A DNA stretch of 64,000 nt. It comes from an uncultured Porphyromonas sp. (GTDB taxonomy: Bacteria; Bacteroidota; Bacteroidia; Bacteroidales; Porphyromonadaceae). The translations under genes and the position numbers were made by a program. The notes below the pieces were generated by a model. That model searched no databases. It worked only from the letters and a program-made list of their open reading frames with translations, and was not told where the DNA came from. Each line of letters opens with the position of its first letter. The first letter of the stretch is position 1. Location: assembly GCF_900538385.1 (NCBI RefSeq), contig NZ_UWSO01000004.1; one strand, written 5' to 3'. Below, one piece after another: positions 8,673 to 18,825 of the stretch.

Positions 8673-10130
8673 ATGAAAAGACTCACATCAATCCTCCTGC
8701 TTCTCATAGCAGGACTCTTCACCTTCACGAGCTGTGATGAAGACAACCCCATCACGGGTGGTGACACGCCAAAATGGCCTGAGAAGATCTCACAGTGGAT
8801 GCTCCCCATCGAGCGCTACGGCATCTCCATCGACGAGGTGGCTCAGATCGAAGAGGGGCGTGGTAACAAGGTCGAGCGCTCAGAAGAGCTGATGACCCTG
8901 ACCGCTACACCTCAAGACACCAAGGCGGTACGAGAGATCGTCTACTACTTTGACCGGGCTGGGCTCTATCAGGTTGCTCGCGTACAGTTTGCTTCGCAAG
9001 AGACCGCCAAGCAGTTCATCGACGAGTATCTGCTCAACAACGGCTTCGTCAAGAGCAACCTCCGCACCGCCAAGGCTACGGAAGAGATCTACGTTAGCGC
9101 GCCACGTGGTAGCCGTGTCTCCTCAGTCGTCCTCGTAGACGGTGACAAGACCGAGCCTATCTTCTGGTGGGGTAGCAACGACAACAAAAAGACCAATTGG
9201 CTACGTGTCGATCCTCTTCAGGACCAGACTACCGGTATCTGGATGCCCCTCCTACCTTACGGAGCTACCCTTGAGATGGTTCAGCTCTTTGAGGCTCGCA
9301 TGGGACACACTTTCGATGCTGAGGCGAGCAAGCCTGACAAGGGTGTCTTAAAGTTCAAGACTGGTCATGAGGTTTACACAGAAGTAACCTATTGGCTAGA
9401 CCTCAAGACCAACCACTTCCTTGAGGAGAGCAAGGTCTCTTGCGACACGCTCCATCGTCCTACCCCTGAACAGGTCGATGCTTACCTTACGGCACAAGGC
9501 TTTAAACCTTCAGGTCTACAAGACAAGAATGGCAACTCTCTTTACTACGACAAATCTCTCAAGCTAGTCGCTCACATCGATATGAACATCCCTAATGAGG
9601 CTGAAAAAAAAGCGACCTTCCGTCCTGGGATTCAGTACTATGTTGAGGATCTTGACGACAAAATACCTTATGAAGAGGTAGACTTCCCGATGCCACTTTT
9701 TGGCTTTAATAGGGACACGTTAGAGACTGTCATGAAGGAGTACGCCAACCTAGACTATACGGCTGCTGTCGTTGACATGCTAGCTGAAGAGATGCCTTTC
9801 CCAGCAGTACAGACACGTTGCAAGTACTTCCCGACGATAATCTTGCTTCCTTCTGATACCGAGCCACTTTATGGAGCTGCTCTCATTATCTGTACAGACC
9901 TCAAAGCACTACACTCGCCGATGATTATTGATCGCCTAGAGCGCAGAGGCTTCGTGTATGATCCTAAGAGGACCATACTCCTACCTACTTATGTCAACGA
10001 GCAGGAAGGTGTGATGGTTCAGATAGATGATGGCTCCGTAACTGGTATTACAAATATCAGCTTCAGCCCTATCGAGGACTTCACCAGCTCAGCGACTCCA
10101 ATAGCACAACGTTTGAAGCGTTTGCGCTAG
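8673..10130 (+). CDS. hypothetical lipoprotein
   Basis: Signal 'LLLLIAGLFTFTSC'. No recognisable motif. A C6 tract lies immediately 5' of the ATG and an in-frame A8 tract at 9604..9611. Confidence 0.5.
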   Translation: MKRLTSILLLLIAGLFTFTSCDEDNPITGGDTPKWPEKISQWMLPIERYGISIDEVAQIEEGRGNKVERSEELMTLTATPQDTKAVREIVYYFDRAGLYQVARVQFASQETAKQFIDEYLLNNGFVKSNLRTAKATEEIYVSAPRGSRVSSVVLVDGDKTEPIFWWGSNDNKKTNWLRVDPLQDQTTGIWMPLLPYGATLEMVQLFEARMGHTFDAEASKPDKGVLKFKTGHEVYTEVTYWLDLKTNHFLEESKVSCDTLHRPTPEQVDAYLTAQGFKPSGLQDKNGNSLYYDKSLKLVAHIDMNIPNEAEKKATFRPGIQYYVEDLDDKIPYEEVDFPMPLFGFNRDTLETVMKEYANLDYTAAVVDMLAEEMPFPAVQTRCKYFPTIILLPSDTEPLYGAALIICTDLKALHSPMIIDRLERRGFVYDPKRTILLPTYVNEQEGVMVQIDDGSVTGITNISFSPIEDFTSSATPIAQRLKRLR

Positions 10131-10161
10131 ACCGAGCGATATAAACTTCGACAATAATAAT

Positions 10162-10192
10162 GCGGGCGGGCTCACCTAGATGAGTCCGCCCG
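10162..10192. terminator. putative bidirectional hairpin terminator between convergent genes
   Basis: The imperfect inverted repeat gcgggcgggctca / tgagtccgcccg lies between the 3' ends of 8673..10130 (+) and 10272..11117 (-). Confidence 0.35.
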
Positions 10193-10271
10193 TTGTCGTC
10201 TATAACGAAAGGCGATCGGCCACTGTCTCAATAGTCAGCAGGTTCCAATCTTGCTTGGCAAGTGAGCCTTA

Positions 10272-11117
10272 CTACTCAAAGCAGAAGGTGAGCATGATCA
10301 TCCGTCCCGTGCCACGGCGCAGCGCATTGGTGTAGCGCATGCTAGCCCCGTCATCCAGGTCGGGTCGGTTGTGACGAATCAGGTCGGTAAAGCCAAAGTC
10401 AAAGCGTAGCTCAGGCGAAAGCTTGAAGTAACGCAGGTAAATGTCGCAACCTACACCAAAGGTCCAGCCTGCCGAGAGCGGGGCAAACTGCAGCGGGGCT
10501 CCCTTTTTCTGTCCCATGTGTAGCAAACCGTAGACGCCCCCCACGAGATAGGGGCGGGTATCGTTGAAGCGCACAGAACTGTACTTAACCAGCAGTGGCA
10601 GCTCAATCTGACTGGTGCGCATCGGCATAGACTCAAAGGCCTCTTCGCCCGTTTCCTCCCAAGTCCTAAAGAGTAGTCGCTGCTCCCCAAAGTGTAGTGT
10701 CGGGAGCAGTCGTATACTCCAGTCTATATGCGGATTGTAGTTGGCGATGACCCCCACGCTAAAGCCTGGGCTATAGCTCGGTACTGCCGCATAGAGCGTC
10801 TGTGCCTCCCCTTCCGTCGGGCCAAAGTTGTCGATGATCAGATCCTCCACATGCGCTCCCACGTGAAATCCCCAGTTAAATCGTCTATGATCCGCATAGG
10901 GCCGCGTCATCGGTCTCGCCGTCTGTGCAGAGAGCGTGGTAGCCATCGGCACCACCAGCAACAGGAGCAACAGGAGCAGCAGCCCCACCAGCCAGTAGCG
11001 ACGACCTAGTGAATAGGTGTGATGTGTACTTACGTCTTGCTTCACAAAAGAGTAATTGACTACGTGATTCAAACGTCTATCCGACAAAGATATTGTATAT
11101 TTGCTTGATTTAAGCAC
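10272..11117 (-). CDS. predicted outer-membrane beta-barrel protein (small porin/OmpA-like family)
   Basis: It has an N-terminal poly-Leu signal peptide, alternating amphipathic beta-strand patterns, an aromatic-rich C-terminus and a terminal F. The start codon is uncertain. Confidence 0.45.
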   Translation of the reverse strand: MLKSSKYTISLSDRRLNHVVNYSFVKQDVSTHHTYSLGRRYWLVGLLLLLLLLLVVPMATTLSAQTARPMTRPYADHRRFNWGFHVGAHVEDLIIDNFGPTEGEAQTLYAAVPSYSPGFSVGVIANYNPHIDWSIRLLPTLHFGEQRLLFRTWEETGEEAFESMPMRTSQIELPLLVKYSSVRFNDTRPYLVGGVYGLLHMGQKKGAPLQFAPLSAGWTFGVGCDIYLRYFKLSPELRFDFGFTDLIRHNRPDLDDGASMRYTNALRRGTGRMIMLTFCFE

Positions 11118-11135
11118 CCAAACATAGTAAAGCTC

Positions 11136-11795
11136 ATGCAGGTATACAATCTATCCGAGAGACCTTCACTCCTAACCCACTTCATCTCTGAGATACGAGA
11201 CCGAGAGATCCAGAGAGATCCCTTACGCTTTAGAGCAAACATCGAGCGCATCGGCCATATCATGGCTTACGAACTGAGCAAGCAGCTCCACTACCAGACA
11301 CGTCCCGTGGAGACGCCTCTCGGCACCGCACCCACGGCTGTACTAGACGAGCAGCTCGTCGTGGCAACGATCCTACGTGCCGGACTGCCCCTTCATCACG
11401 GCTTCCTAGACTTCTTCGATCGTGCCGAAAATGCTTTCATCTCCGCCTATCGCAAGGTCAAGGATGACGAAGACTTTGACATACATGTTGAGTATGTGGC
11501 TGCGCCAGACTTGACAGGCAAGGAGCTACTCCTCGTCGACCCGATGCTCGCCACGGGAGGCTCTATGCATCTCTCCTGGCAGGCACTCCTCAAGAGCTGT
11601 GGCACACCTCGCCACACCCACATGGTCGCTATCGTAGCCAGCCAGCAAGCTATTGACTTCCTCCACTCCCAGTTTGACGACAAGGCGCCTGTCACGCTAT
11701 GGGTGGGTGTCATCGACCCAGCGCTTAATGAGCACGCTTACATCGTCCCAGGACTGGGCGATGCGGGCGATCTAGCCTTCGGTAGTAAGCTTTAA
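11136..11795 (+). CDS. upp: uracil phosphoribosyltransferase
   Basis: 219 aa. The PRPP-binding motif 'LLVDPMLATGGS' and the overall Upp layout are present. Confidence 0.9.
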   Translation: MQVYNLSERPSLLTHFISEIRDREIQRDPLRFRANIERIGHIMAYELSKQLHYQTRPVETPLGTAPTAVLDEQLVVATILRAGLPLHHGFLDFFDRAENAFISAYRKVKDDEDFDIHVEYVAAPDLTGKELLLVDPMLATGGSMHLSWQALLKSCGTPRHTHMVAIVASQQAIDFLHSQFDDKAPVTLWVGVIDPALNEHAYIVPGLGDAGDLAFGSKL

Positions 11796-11808
11796 AAGGA
11801 AAGCTTCA

Positions 11809-13749
11809 TTGACCACACTACGTGACATAGAGCTATTGGCTCCCGCCTCCTCGCTAGAGGGCGGTCTGGTGTCGCTCTCGGCGGGTGCCGATGCGGTCTA
11901 TGTGGGTGCTCCTCAGTATGGTGCCAGGAGTGCTGTCGGGGTCTCGCTCGAGGATATACGGCAGCTCTGCGAAGCGGCTCACGCCTATGCCGCACGGGTC
12001 TATGTTGCCCTCAACACGATCCTCACAGATAGCCAATTAGCTCACGCTGTGGAGCTGGCGCATCAACTCTACGAGGCGGGTGCCGACGCGCTCATCATAC
12101 AGGATCTCGGACTACTCACCCAGGAGCTACCGCCTATCCCGCTACACGCTAGCACGCAGTGCCATAACCATTCGCTAGAGCAGCTGCAGATGCTCTCCGA
12201 TCTAGGCTTCGAGCAGGCTGTCTTGCCGCGCGAGTGGAGCTGTCAGGACATTGCAGCGGTGCGCGACAAGACTCCGCTGCGACTGGAGGCGTTCGTTCAT
12301 GGGGCGCTCTGCGTCTCTTACAGTGGTCGCTGCTTTATCTCCGAGGCACTCTCACAGCGCAGTGCCAATAGAGGACAATGCGCTCAGTACTGCCGGATGA
12401 CTTATGATCTCGTTGATGCTCAGGGACAAAAGCTTCGCCAAGGCGAGCACCTCCTCTCTCTGAAAGATCTCAACCGCACCGAGATCATCGAAGAGATGAT
12501 CGATGCGGGCGTCAGCTCCTTCAAGGTCGAGGGGCGACTCAAGGCGATCCCTTACGTGCGCAACGTCATCGCCCACTATCGCCAGGTGCTAGACGATATC
12601 TTGACCCGCCGTAGTGGTGAGTTGCGACGTCCCTCATGGGGAGCTGTGGAGTACACCTTCACGCCGCAGCCTGAGGCGACCTTTGCCCGCCCCTTTACTA
12701 CCTATAATACGCCTCTAGGTTCGCCCATCCCTACCGACAGCATCACACCTTATAGCAGCAAAAGCCTCGGTCAGCCGATCGGCACGGTAACCCAGAGTCG
12801 AGGCAAAGAGCTAGAGATAGCGCTCCTGAGCGACGACATCACGCTCGCTAATGGCGACGGGGTGGTCGCTTACGCTATCGACAAGAAGCTCATCGGAGCA
12901 CAGATCAACCAAGTGACGCCCGCTAGGCGAGCTGGACACTATCGTCTGCGTCTCTCCCAAGCGATCGAGCTACCGCAGGGGTCGACGCTCTGGCGCAACC
13001 TCAACCATCTCCTAGAGGCTCAGCTCCTACGCCCCGATGCCTCTACCCGCACCATACCGGTGTCGCTACATTTGGAGGCAATGCCCGACCGGCTCGCACT
13101 ACAGATGCAACTCTCGGAGGCTCCCGATCTGTCGGTCACACGTAGCAGATCGGTCACGCTAGAGCCTGCACAGCGAGACAATACGGCTCACGTAGAGCGC
13201 ACGCTCCGCAAGCTCGGCGACACGCCATACCGAGCTCAAGAGGTTACCATAAAGCTAGACGGACTCTTCGTCCCGCCTTCAATCGTTGCTGAGCTGCGAC
13301 GAGAGCTCTCGGAGGAGCTGCAGCGTCAATGTCTTGCTCTAGCACTACAATGCAGAGATACCATCGGCAAGCCCCTACAGCAGAAGCGCATCGATCGGCT
13401 CCGCACACCAGACCCTACGGCACGTCAGCGGTATGGTCTGCCCGACACGCTAGACTTCACCTACAATGTAGCCAATGAGTCGGCACGTCAACTCTATCAC
13501 CAGCTAGGAGTCTCTGGGAGGATCGAACCCGCCTTGGAGGTAGAGAGTCCCGAACGCGTGATCCCCGTGATGTTTACCCGTCACTGTCTGCTACATCAGC
13601 TCGGCTACTGCACACGGACAGGGCGCAAGCCACCCTTTGCGCTGCCACTCTATCTAGTCCGTGGACGAGACCGTCTGCGTGTCGAGAACGACTGTCGCCA
13701 CTGCATGATGACCCTATGGCTAGATCCCTCCCCTCTAACTAACTTCTGA
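11809..13749 (+). CDS. peptidase U32 family protein (collagenase-like, long form with C-terminal extension)
   Basis: The N-terminus 'ELLAPASSLEGG...ADAVYVGAPQYGARS' is typical of U32. It has a TTG start in the ORF track. Confidence 0.8.
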   Translation: MTTLRDIELLAPASSLEGGLVSLSAGADAVYVGAPQYGARSAVGVSLEDIRQLCEAAHAYAARVYVALNTILTDSQLAHAVELAHQLYEAGADALIIQDLGLLTQELPPIPLHASTQCHNHSLEQLQMLSDLGFEQAVLPREWSCQDIAAVRDKTPLRLEAFVHGALCVSYSGRCFISEALSQRSANRGQCAQYCRMTYDLVDAQGQKLRQGEHLLSLKDLNRTEIIEEMIDAGVSSFKVEGRLKAIPYVRNVIAHYRQVLDDILTRRSGELRRPSWGAVEYTFTPQPEATFARPFTTYNTPLGSPIPTDSITPYSSKSLGQPIGTVTQSRGKELEIALLSDDITLANGDGVVAYAIDKKLIGAQINQVTPARRAGHYRLRLSQAIELPQGSTLWRNLNHLLEAQLLRPDASTRTIPVSLHLEAMPDRLALQMQLSEAPDLSVTRSRSVTLEPAQRDNTAHVERTLRKLGDTPYRAQEVTIKLDGLFVPPSIVAELRRELSEELQRQCLALALQCRDTIGKPLQQKRIDRLRTPDPTARQRYGLPDTLDFTYNVANESARQLYHQLGVSGRIEPALEVESPERVIPVMFTRHCLLHQLGYCTRTGRKPPFALPLYLVRGRDRLRVENDCRHCMMTLWLDPSPLTNF

Positions 13750-13774
13750 TTTCTAATCTCTAACCTCTACACCG

Positions 13775-13821
13775 ATATCTCCGTGGAAATTTCGAAATCT
13801 CCACGGAGATATTTTCGTTTT
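13775..13821 (+). terminator. rho-independent terminator after the U32 peptidase gene (the same hairpin as the repeat's 5' module)
   Basis: Inverted repeat atatctccgtgg...ccacggagatat followed by 'tttcgttttt'. Confidence 0.5.
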
Positions 13822-13965
13822 TCTCTGGAGGAAAGAAAAATTTCTTCGGACATATCATTCGATTCTTCCGAAGTTTCATTTGATACTTCCGAAGAATTTT
13901 TTCTTTCCTCCCGAAGGAATTCCGATTTTCTCGGGAGCTATTTGGGGAATTCCTCGGGAGGAACC
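13775..13965 (+). repeat. family A repeat copy 2 (hairpin and T-run then the conserved core)
   Basis: Hairpin 'atatctccgtggaaatttcgaaatctccacggagatat' plus a T-run, then 'ggaggaaagaaaaatttcttcggacatatcattcgattcttccgaagtttcatttgatacttccgaagaatt...gagctatttgg'. The ORF-track ORF 13783..14007 is an artefact of this repeat. Confidence 0.75.
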
Positions 13966-14168
13966 CGAATCATCGGAGAGGTAGGCGTAATCAGTGAGGA
14001 TTTGTAGCCACCGTGTAGCGATACTCGTACCGTGTATCATGTGTAGCTCCTAGCAAACTGATTATAATGCGTCAGCCTTGTATATGTCCTGTACCTCTTT
14101 GCGAGTTTGAGGGGAAATAACTACCTTAGCGAGTAGATAACAACATATTTTACATAATAACAATCCAT

Positions 14169-15422
14169 ATGAAACCAAAAACATTTCTCATCACCCTTCC
14201 CATGGTGCTTCTTTTGAGTGCCTGTTGCGATCCTGCACCCAACCCAGAGCCTCCTAAGCAGACTACCATCACCGTCTCGCCAGAGAGTCTCTCCTTGACT
14301 GTTGGTAAGAGCGAGCAACTCTCAGTTGTGGTCTCTCCTAAGGAGGTCGCCGTCACTTACCAAAGTAAGAACCCAACTATCGCTACCGTTGATGCCCAGG
14401 GTGTTGTGACCGGTGTAGCTGTCGGAGAAACCGTTGTCATCATACAGGCTGGTGAGGCTACAAAGAGCGTCCCCGTGACCGTCAAAGAAGCTCCTATACA
14501 AGTGCCTCAAGAACTCCCGATGCTCAAGTTCGGGATCCCTCGCAATGATTATGAAAAGATAGAGGACGCCGAGGTGATCACATACGAGCAAAAGCTAGGA
14601 CGTACCCAGCAAGAGGTGGACTTTCGTCCATCGGGCTTCTACGGAGAGGGGCTGACCACCATTCCTGCCGTCGTCTATGCTATACCCATCGCCGATGATG
14701 CCGACCTAATCCTGGCTTATAGCAAGGAGTCAGTGGCTGACTGCAAGCGCACCCAAGCGATGCTCTACCAGCTTGGCTTTGGTGAAGTACAGGAGGCTGA
14801 GGTGAGCAACTACCTCGGAGATGTCAAGAAGGGTTTGCGTGCTACGCTCAAAAGTGACCCCAGCGTGACTGTTTCGATGATGGATCTGCCTAATGAAAAG
14901 CTCGGGACGGTCATGTTTATGGAGTTTGCTAAGCGAATTAGCTCCAATCCTCTAGTGCAAGCAAAGCATGGGATACTCTCTGACGTCAAAGACTTCCCCT
15001 CACTAGACGCCTTGAGAACCAAAGATATCGAGCAGTTTAAGGCCTTTGAGGAGAAGCTCGCACTACGCACCTACCGACGAAACGAATCGCCCAAGGACAC
15101 GCACCTTTTCTTCCGCACTGAAGAAGCAAAGGTCGAGAAGACAAACCTAGAGTATGCCTTCTATGTAGCACCTGACAAGGAGGTCGACGGCTTTGGACTG
15201 ATTATCACGGAGCTCCTTTGTCTCTCTAGTGAGAGAGACCTGCGCTCGCTAGAATTCAAGCAGTACCTAGCTAACAATGGCTTCGATCAAAACTATACCA
15301 TCTCCGAAGATAATGTCTTGGACGTTTACAACGCTCACGGAGACCGTTGCCGCGTAACTCTCGTTAGACTAGGACAGGATGACTACGTCTATCAGATGTA
15401 CCTCTTTCCCAAAGAGTCCTAA
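14169..15422 (+). CDS. lipoprotein with a bacterial Ig-like (Big_2) domain
   Basis: Signal 'LLLSACC'. The segment 'ITVSPESLSLTVGKSEQLSVVVSPKEVAVTYQSKNPTIATVDAQGVVTGVAVGETVVIIQA' has the Big_2 pattern. Confidence 0.6.
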   Translation: MKPKTFLITLPMVLLLSACCDPAPNPEPPKQTTITVSPESLSLTVGKSEQLSVVVSPKEVAVTYQSKNPTIATVDAQGVVTGVAVGETVVIIQAGEATKSVPVTVKEAPIQVPQELPMLKFGIPRNDYEKIEDAEVITYEQKLGRTQQEVDFRPSGFYGEGLTTIPAVVYAIPIADDADLILAYSKESVADCKRTQAMLYQLGFGEVQEAEVSNYLGDVKKGLRATLKSDPSVTVSMMDLPNEKLGTVMFMEFAKRISSNPLVQAKHGILSDVKDFPSLDALRTKDIEQFKAFEEKLALRTYRRNESPKDTHLFFRTEEAKVEKTNLEYAFYVAPDKEVDGFGLIITELLCLSSERDLRSLEFKQYLANNGFDQNYTISEDNVLDVYNAHGDRCRVTLVRLGQDDYVYQMYLFPKES

Positions 15423-15446
15423 CCACCTCACCAGCGTAGTTTCAAT

Positions 15447-17045
15447 ATGCAAACAAGTAGATTACTACACCAGCGGATTATCTGCTCAGTGCTCTGCGGG
15501 TTCCTCCTCGCGACCTTTGCGCTCAGGCTCTCTGGTCAGACTGCCTATAAGGGTGTCAAGACGCCCCCACAGGATATGATCGTCGATGGTTCGATAGAGA
15601 CCAAGGCGTATGTCAGAGGAGTCTCCCCCAGTGGTCGCTATATATGGGCTGCTTACTACTACAATCAGGCAGCCTATGTATATGACACTGAGCTGAAGAA
15701 GTGCATCTGGCAAAAGAGTGATGCGGGCAGTGAGATCGACCTCAAGTATGTCTCCGACGAGGGGGACATCGTATACCAAAAGGATCGAACGACGACGCTC
15801 TACATTTCTCACTCGGGGCAGGAGATCGCCATTACCTCTCCTGATAGCAACTATCCTGTGATAGAGATCACTGGTGTCTCACAGCGAGCTGATCGCCTGG
15901 TGGGCAATATGAAGCCCCAAGATCCGCTCCAGAGAGATGTGCGTCCCTTTGTCGCCAATCGTACGGCGCAGGGAGACTTTGCTATCACGCCGCTACCCAT
16001 ACCTGCCGAAGATGCGCTCGGAGGAAAGCCCGAAGGCACCTCTGTACTAGCTCTTTCGCCCGATGGGATGACTCTGATAGGGCGACAGGTCAACTCAGAT
16101 AGCTATTACCCACGACTGATACAGTGGACTATTCCAGAGGGAGAGCTGGTAGCGACGGGCTACACCTTTCCTGGCGAATCTCTATTCTTCAATCTAGACA
16201 AGAAGAAGCCTGGGGCTCAGCCTAAGAGTGAGGACTACAGTGATGAGCAAGAGTGGGAGAGAGCTTACGATGCTTGGGAAAAGGCTGTGCTGACCTACTG
16301 TAAGAAGCCTATGCTTGACCCGACGAGGTGCTACTACTCGCCCTCGACGCAGCGTATCCTCTTTGCTACTCGGCAACTGGTACTAGACCAAGAGAGTGGT
16401 GCCATAGATCAGGTCTTGATGCCTGGCTACTGGGATCTACGAGAGCAGAGTGGTGAGGTGCTGACTAAGTATGAGGGCTACACTGCGACGGAAGCTCTTG
16501 ACGATGGCTCGCTCCTCTGTATCGAGGAGGAGAAGTCCTTCTACCACTGCTATCGCATAGATCCCAAGCGTGACACAAAGGAAAACTTCGCCCTCTGGAT
16601 CAAGCAACACACGGGTATCCCTATGGAGGACTTTTACTCCTCTGATGATCATGGAGAGTTGATACTCGGATGGCCCTCCATCAGCCAAGATGGGAAGACG
16701 CTAGCACTCTTTGGTCCCGACCTCAGCAACCCCTATCTCTTCCGTGGTACCTATATACAGTTTACCGATCCGCTAGGATCGCATACAGCTGTTCAAGCAC
16801 CACTCCCCGCACAGCCACACCAGCTACGGGTGAGCAGCGAGGGACTCCTAGAGATGCCTGAGATGGCTCATCATCAGATCACCGTCTACTCAGCTCAAGG
16901 TGAGCTCATAGCTGTCGGTGTGATCTCTCCATCAGGGCACTACCAGATCCCGCAGTCATCGCTAGGATCCATCCTGCTGATACATATAGTCTCCCCTCTT
17001 ACGGGTGCATCTTACGGCTATCGGCTATTGCCTAGAGCTAACTGA
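15447..17045 (+). CDS. hypothetical secreted protein
   Basis: It has an N-terminal signal peptide and no catalytic motif. The C-terminal ~80 aa form a beta-rich segment that could be a divergent T9SS sorting domain. Confidence 0.5.
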   Translation: MQTSRLLHQRIICSVLCGFLLATFALRLSGQTAYKGVKTPPQDMIVDGSIETKAYVRGVSPSGRYIWAAYYYNQAAYVYDTELKKCIWQKSDAGSEIDLKYVSDEGDIVYQKDRTTTLYISHSGQEIAITSPDSNYPVIEITGVSQRADRLVGNMKPQDPLQRDVRPFVANRTAQGDFAITPLPIPAEDALGGKPEGTSVLALSPDGMTLIGRQVNSDSYYPRLIQWTIPEGELVATGYTFPGESLFFNLDKKKPGAQPKSEDYSDEQEWERAYDAWEKAVLTYCKKPMLDPTRCYYSPSTQRILFATRQLVLDQESGAIDQVLMPGYWDLREQSGEVLTKYEGYTATEALDDGSLLCIEEEKSFYHCYRIDPKRDTKENFALWIKQHTGIPMEDFYSSDDHGELILGWPSISQDGKTLALFGPDLSNPYLFRGTYIQFTDPLGSHTAVQAPLPAQPHQLRVSSEGLLEMPEMAHHQITVYSAQGELIAVGVISPSGHYQIPQSSLGSILLIHIVSPLTGASYGYRLLPRAN

Positions 17046-17080
17046 CTACACGACTAACGATACATATAACACTATAACCT

Positions 17081-18595
17081 ATGAAACGACTGAATACCCT
17101 ATTTCTAATCCTATCAGCAGCTCTGGTGACGCTTACCGCTGCTCCTGAGCTTCGCGCTCAGACTACGGATGCCCCTACGACTGGCGAAAGCATCACGATA
17201 AAACTCTCAGAGACTAAAGACAAAGTGCTCAGCGTCGGGGCCTTTACTCCAGATCGCAATGCTTGGATCGACATCAATGGCGATGGCATCTGCCAAGACA
17301 ACGAGCGACTAGGACGAGACTCCGAGCGCCCAGAGGACTACACAGACATTTTCTATATGGGGCCTGAGGTACAATACTTCAATCTAGATGAAAATACCCA
17401 AACGATACATATCTATGGCGAGCTCGAAGCTCTTCGATTAGAAAACTCGGAGACACATACGACTCCTCTCACGATAGACTTGTCTAAGACGACAAAGATG
17501 AAGTTCTTCAAAGCCTATGAATGCGAAGAGCTACAAGATGTGACCTTCCCAGACAAAGAGCACAACTGCTGCGAAGTACTCATCATACAGTACTCAGCAC
17601 TGGAGGAGCTTGACCTGTCGAGCTTTGAGAGCTTGAAGGTGCTTGTAGCTTCTTTCAACAAGCAACTGAGGAGCGTCACGCAAGCGCACTGTAAAGATAT
17701 GGAGGAGCTGGACTTTTCCTTTACAATGATCCCCTCTGTAGACCTGAGTCTCACTCCAGGACTTGAAGACCTCTACCTATGTAAGGCGCAGCTCTCCGAG
17801 ATCGACCTCTCTCCCACGCCAGGCCTAGAGAAGCTATCGATCGGAGCTAACTATCTCACCAAGATAGACCTGAGCAAGACGCCAAATCTCTACTACCTAA
17901 GTATCTCCGAAAACGAACTCGAGGAGATAGACGTGACCCCACTAGAGGGTCTAGAGATCCTAGAGGTCGAGCAGAACAAGCTGACCAAGCTAGACCTGAG
18001 CAAAAATGTCAACCTGGAGGAGCTCACGCTGCACCTCAACAAGATCAACGCTCTAGATCTCTCCATGCTCAAGGAGCTACACCTGCTCTCGATCTACGAG
18101 AATAACATCTCGGAGCAGGAAATGGAGCAAGTCATTGCTAAGATGCCTCAGTGCAAAAAGCCTTCGGAAGATGATGAGTATGAGGAGCTATGGGGACACC
18201 TTTACATAGTAAATACGCTATCACCTCAGGGCAATGTGTGCAACATCCTACAGGTCGCTAAGCTCAAAGAGAAGGGCTGGACACCATTCGATGTCAAAGG
18301 TGCTGACCCACAGGAATTCATGAACGATGCTGTCGAGTACGCTGGATCGACACCTACAGGACTTTGCAATCCAATACAGCAAGACAAGGTACAGATCACG
18401 TATACTCCGACGGCTATACGAGTAGAAGGACTGGCACCACGCACGGCAGTAACGCTCTTTGACGCTCAAGGACAGCTCCTGACGAGGGTCAACTCTCTGC
18501 GTTCTCCGATGGTGCAGATCTCTCGTGAGGCACTCCCCGCTGGAGCCTATATCCTCTCCATCGCAGGCAAGAGCTATAAGGTAGTGCTTGACTGA
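17081..18595 (+). CDS. leucine-rich-repeat surface protein with a T9SS C-terminal sorting domain
   Basis: Signal peptide, then an N-terminal beta domain with an 'INGDG' motif, then repeated 'L..L.L..N.L..LDLS' LRR units. The C-terminus 'LPAGAYILSIAGKSYKVVLD' matches the T9SS CTD. It is a paralogue of 27967..29916 and 46276..49359. Confidence 0.75.
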   Translation: MKRLNTLFLILSAALVTLTAAPELRAQTTDAPTTGESITIKLSETKDKVLSVGAFTPDRNAWIDINGDGICQDNERLGRDSERPEDYTDIFYMGPEVQYFNLDENTQTIHIYGELEALRLENSETHTTPLTIDLSKTTKMKFFKAYECEELQDVTFPDKEHNCCEVLIIQYSALEELDLSSFESLKVLVASFNKQLRSVTQAHCKDMEELDFSFTMIPSVDLSLTPGLEDLYLCKAQLSEIDLSPTPGLEKLSIGANYLTKIDLSKTPNLYYLSISENELEEIDVTPLEGLEILEVEQNKLTKLDLSKNVNLEELTLHLNKINALDLSMLKELHLLSIYENNISEQEMEQVIAKMPQCKKPSEDDEYEELWGHLYIVNTLSPQGNVCNILQVAKLKEKGWTPFDVKGADPQEFMNDAVEYAGSTPTGLCNPIQQDKVQITYTPTAIRVEGLAPRTAVTLFDAQGQLLTRVNSLRSPMVQISREALPAGAYILSIAGKSYKVVLD

Positions 18596-18679
18596 GACCC
18601 TTCCTAAGGTGTATTCGTACGCTAACATAAAGTGCCCGAGACGTGCTAAAGTTCTAGCCATCTCGGGCGCTGGTATATA

Positions 18680-18726
18680 AATTATGGAGCTGGTCACAAT
18701 GGCTAAATTTGTACCTTTGTGAAGTC
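18680..18726 (+). promoter_or_regulatory. Bacteroidetes-type promoter (-7 box TAnnTTTG) upstream of slyD
   Basis: 'aaatttgTACCTTTGt' at 18712..18719. The same extended motif recurs at 30141, 42372, 49543, 53547 and 63555. Confidence 0.4.
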
Positions 18727-18825
18727 TAGGTGATGGCTCGGCTATCGCTCAGACGAATGAGTCACAGGTTGAGACTGCTGACCTACTCATCAGGCTCTCC
18801 TTATTACGAAACAATTATACCTAAT

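Noticed and set aside
13783-14007. ORFs inside repeat family A and B elements (13783..14007; 53072..53522; 53149..53427; 53176..53394)
   Set aside because: Their translations are low-complexity 'SSEVSFDSSEE' strings produced by the tandem ttcttccgaag units. The same sequence recurs intergenically on one strand with a predicted RNA structure, which fits a non-coding repeat.
18730-18825. The longer slyD start at 18730 (MMARLSLRR...)
   Set aside because: The extension is Arg-rich, non-FKBP and not signal-like. It would also begin about where the predicted transcript starts (-7 box at 18712). The ATG at 18826 gives a canonical SlyD N-terminus.
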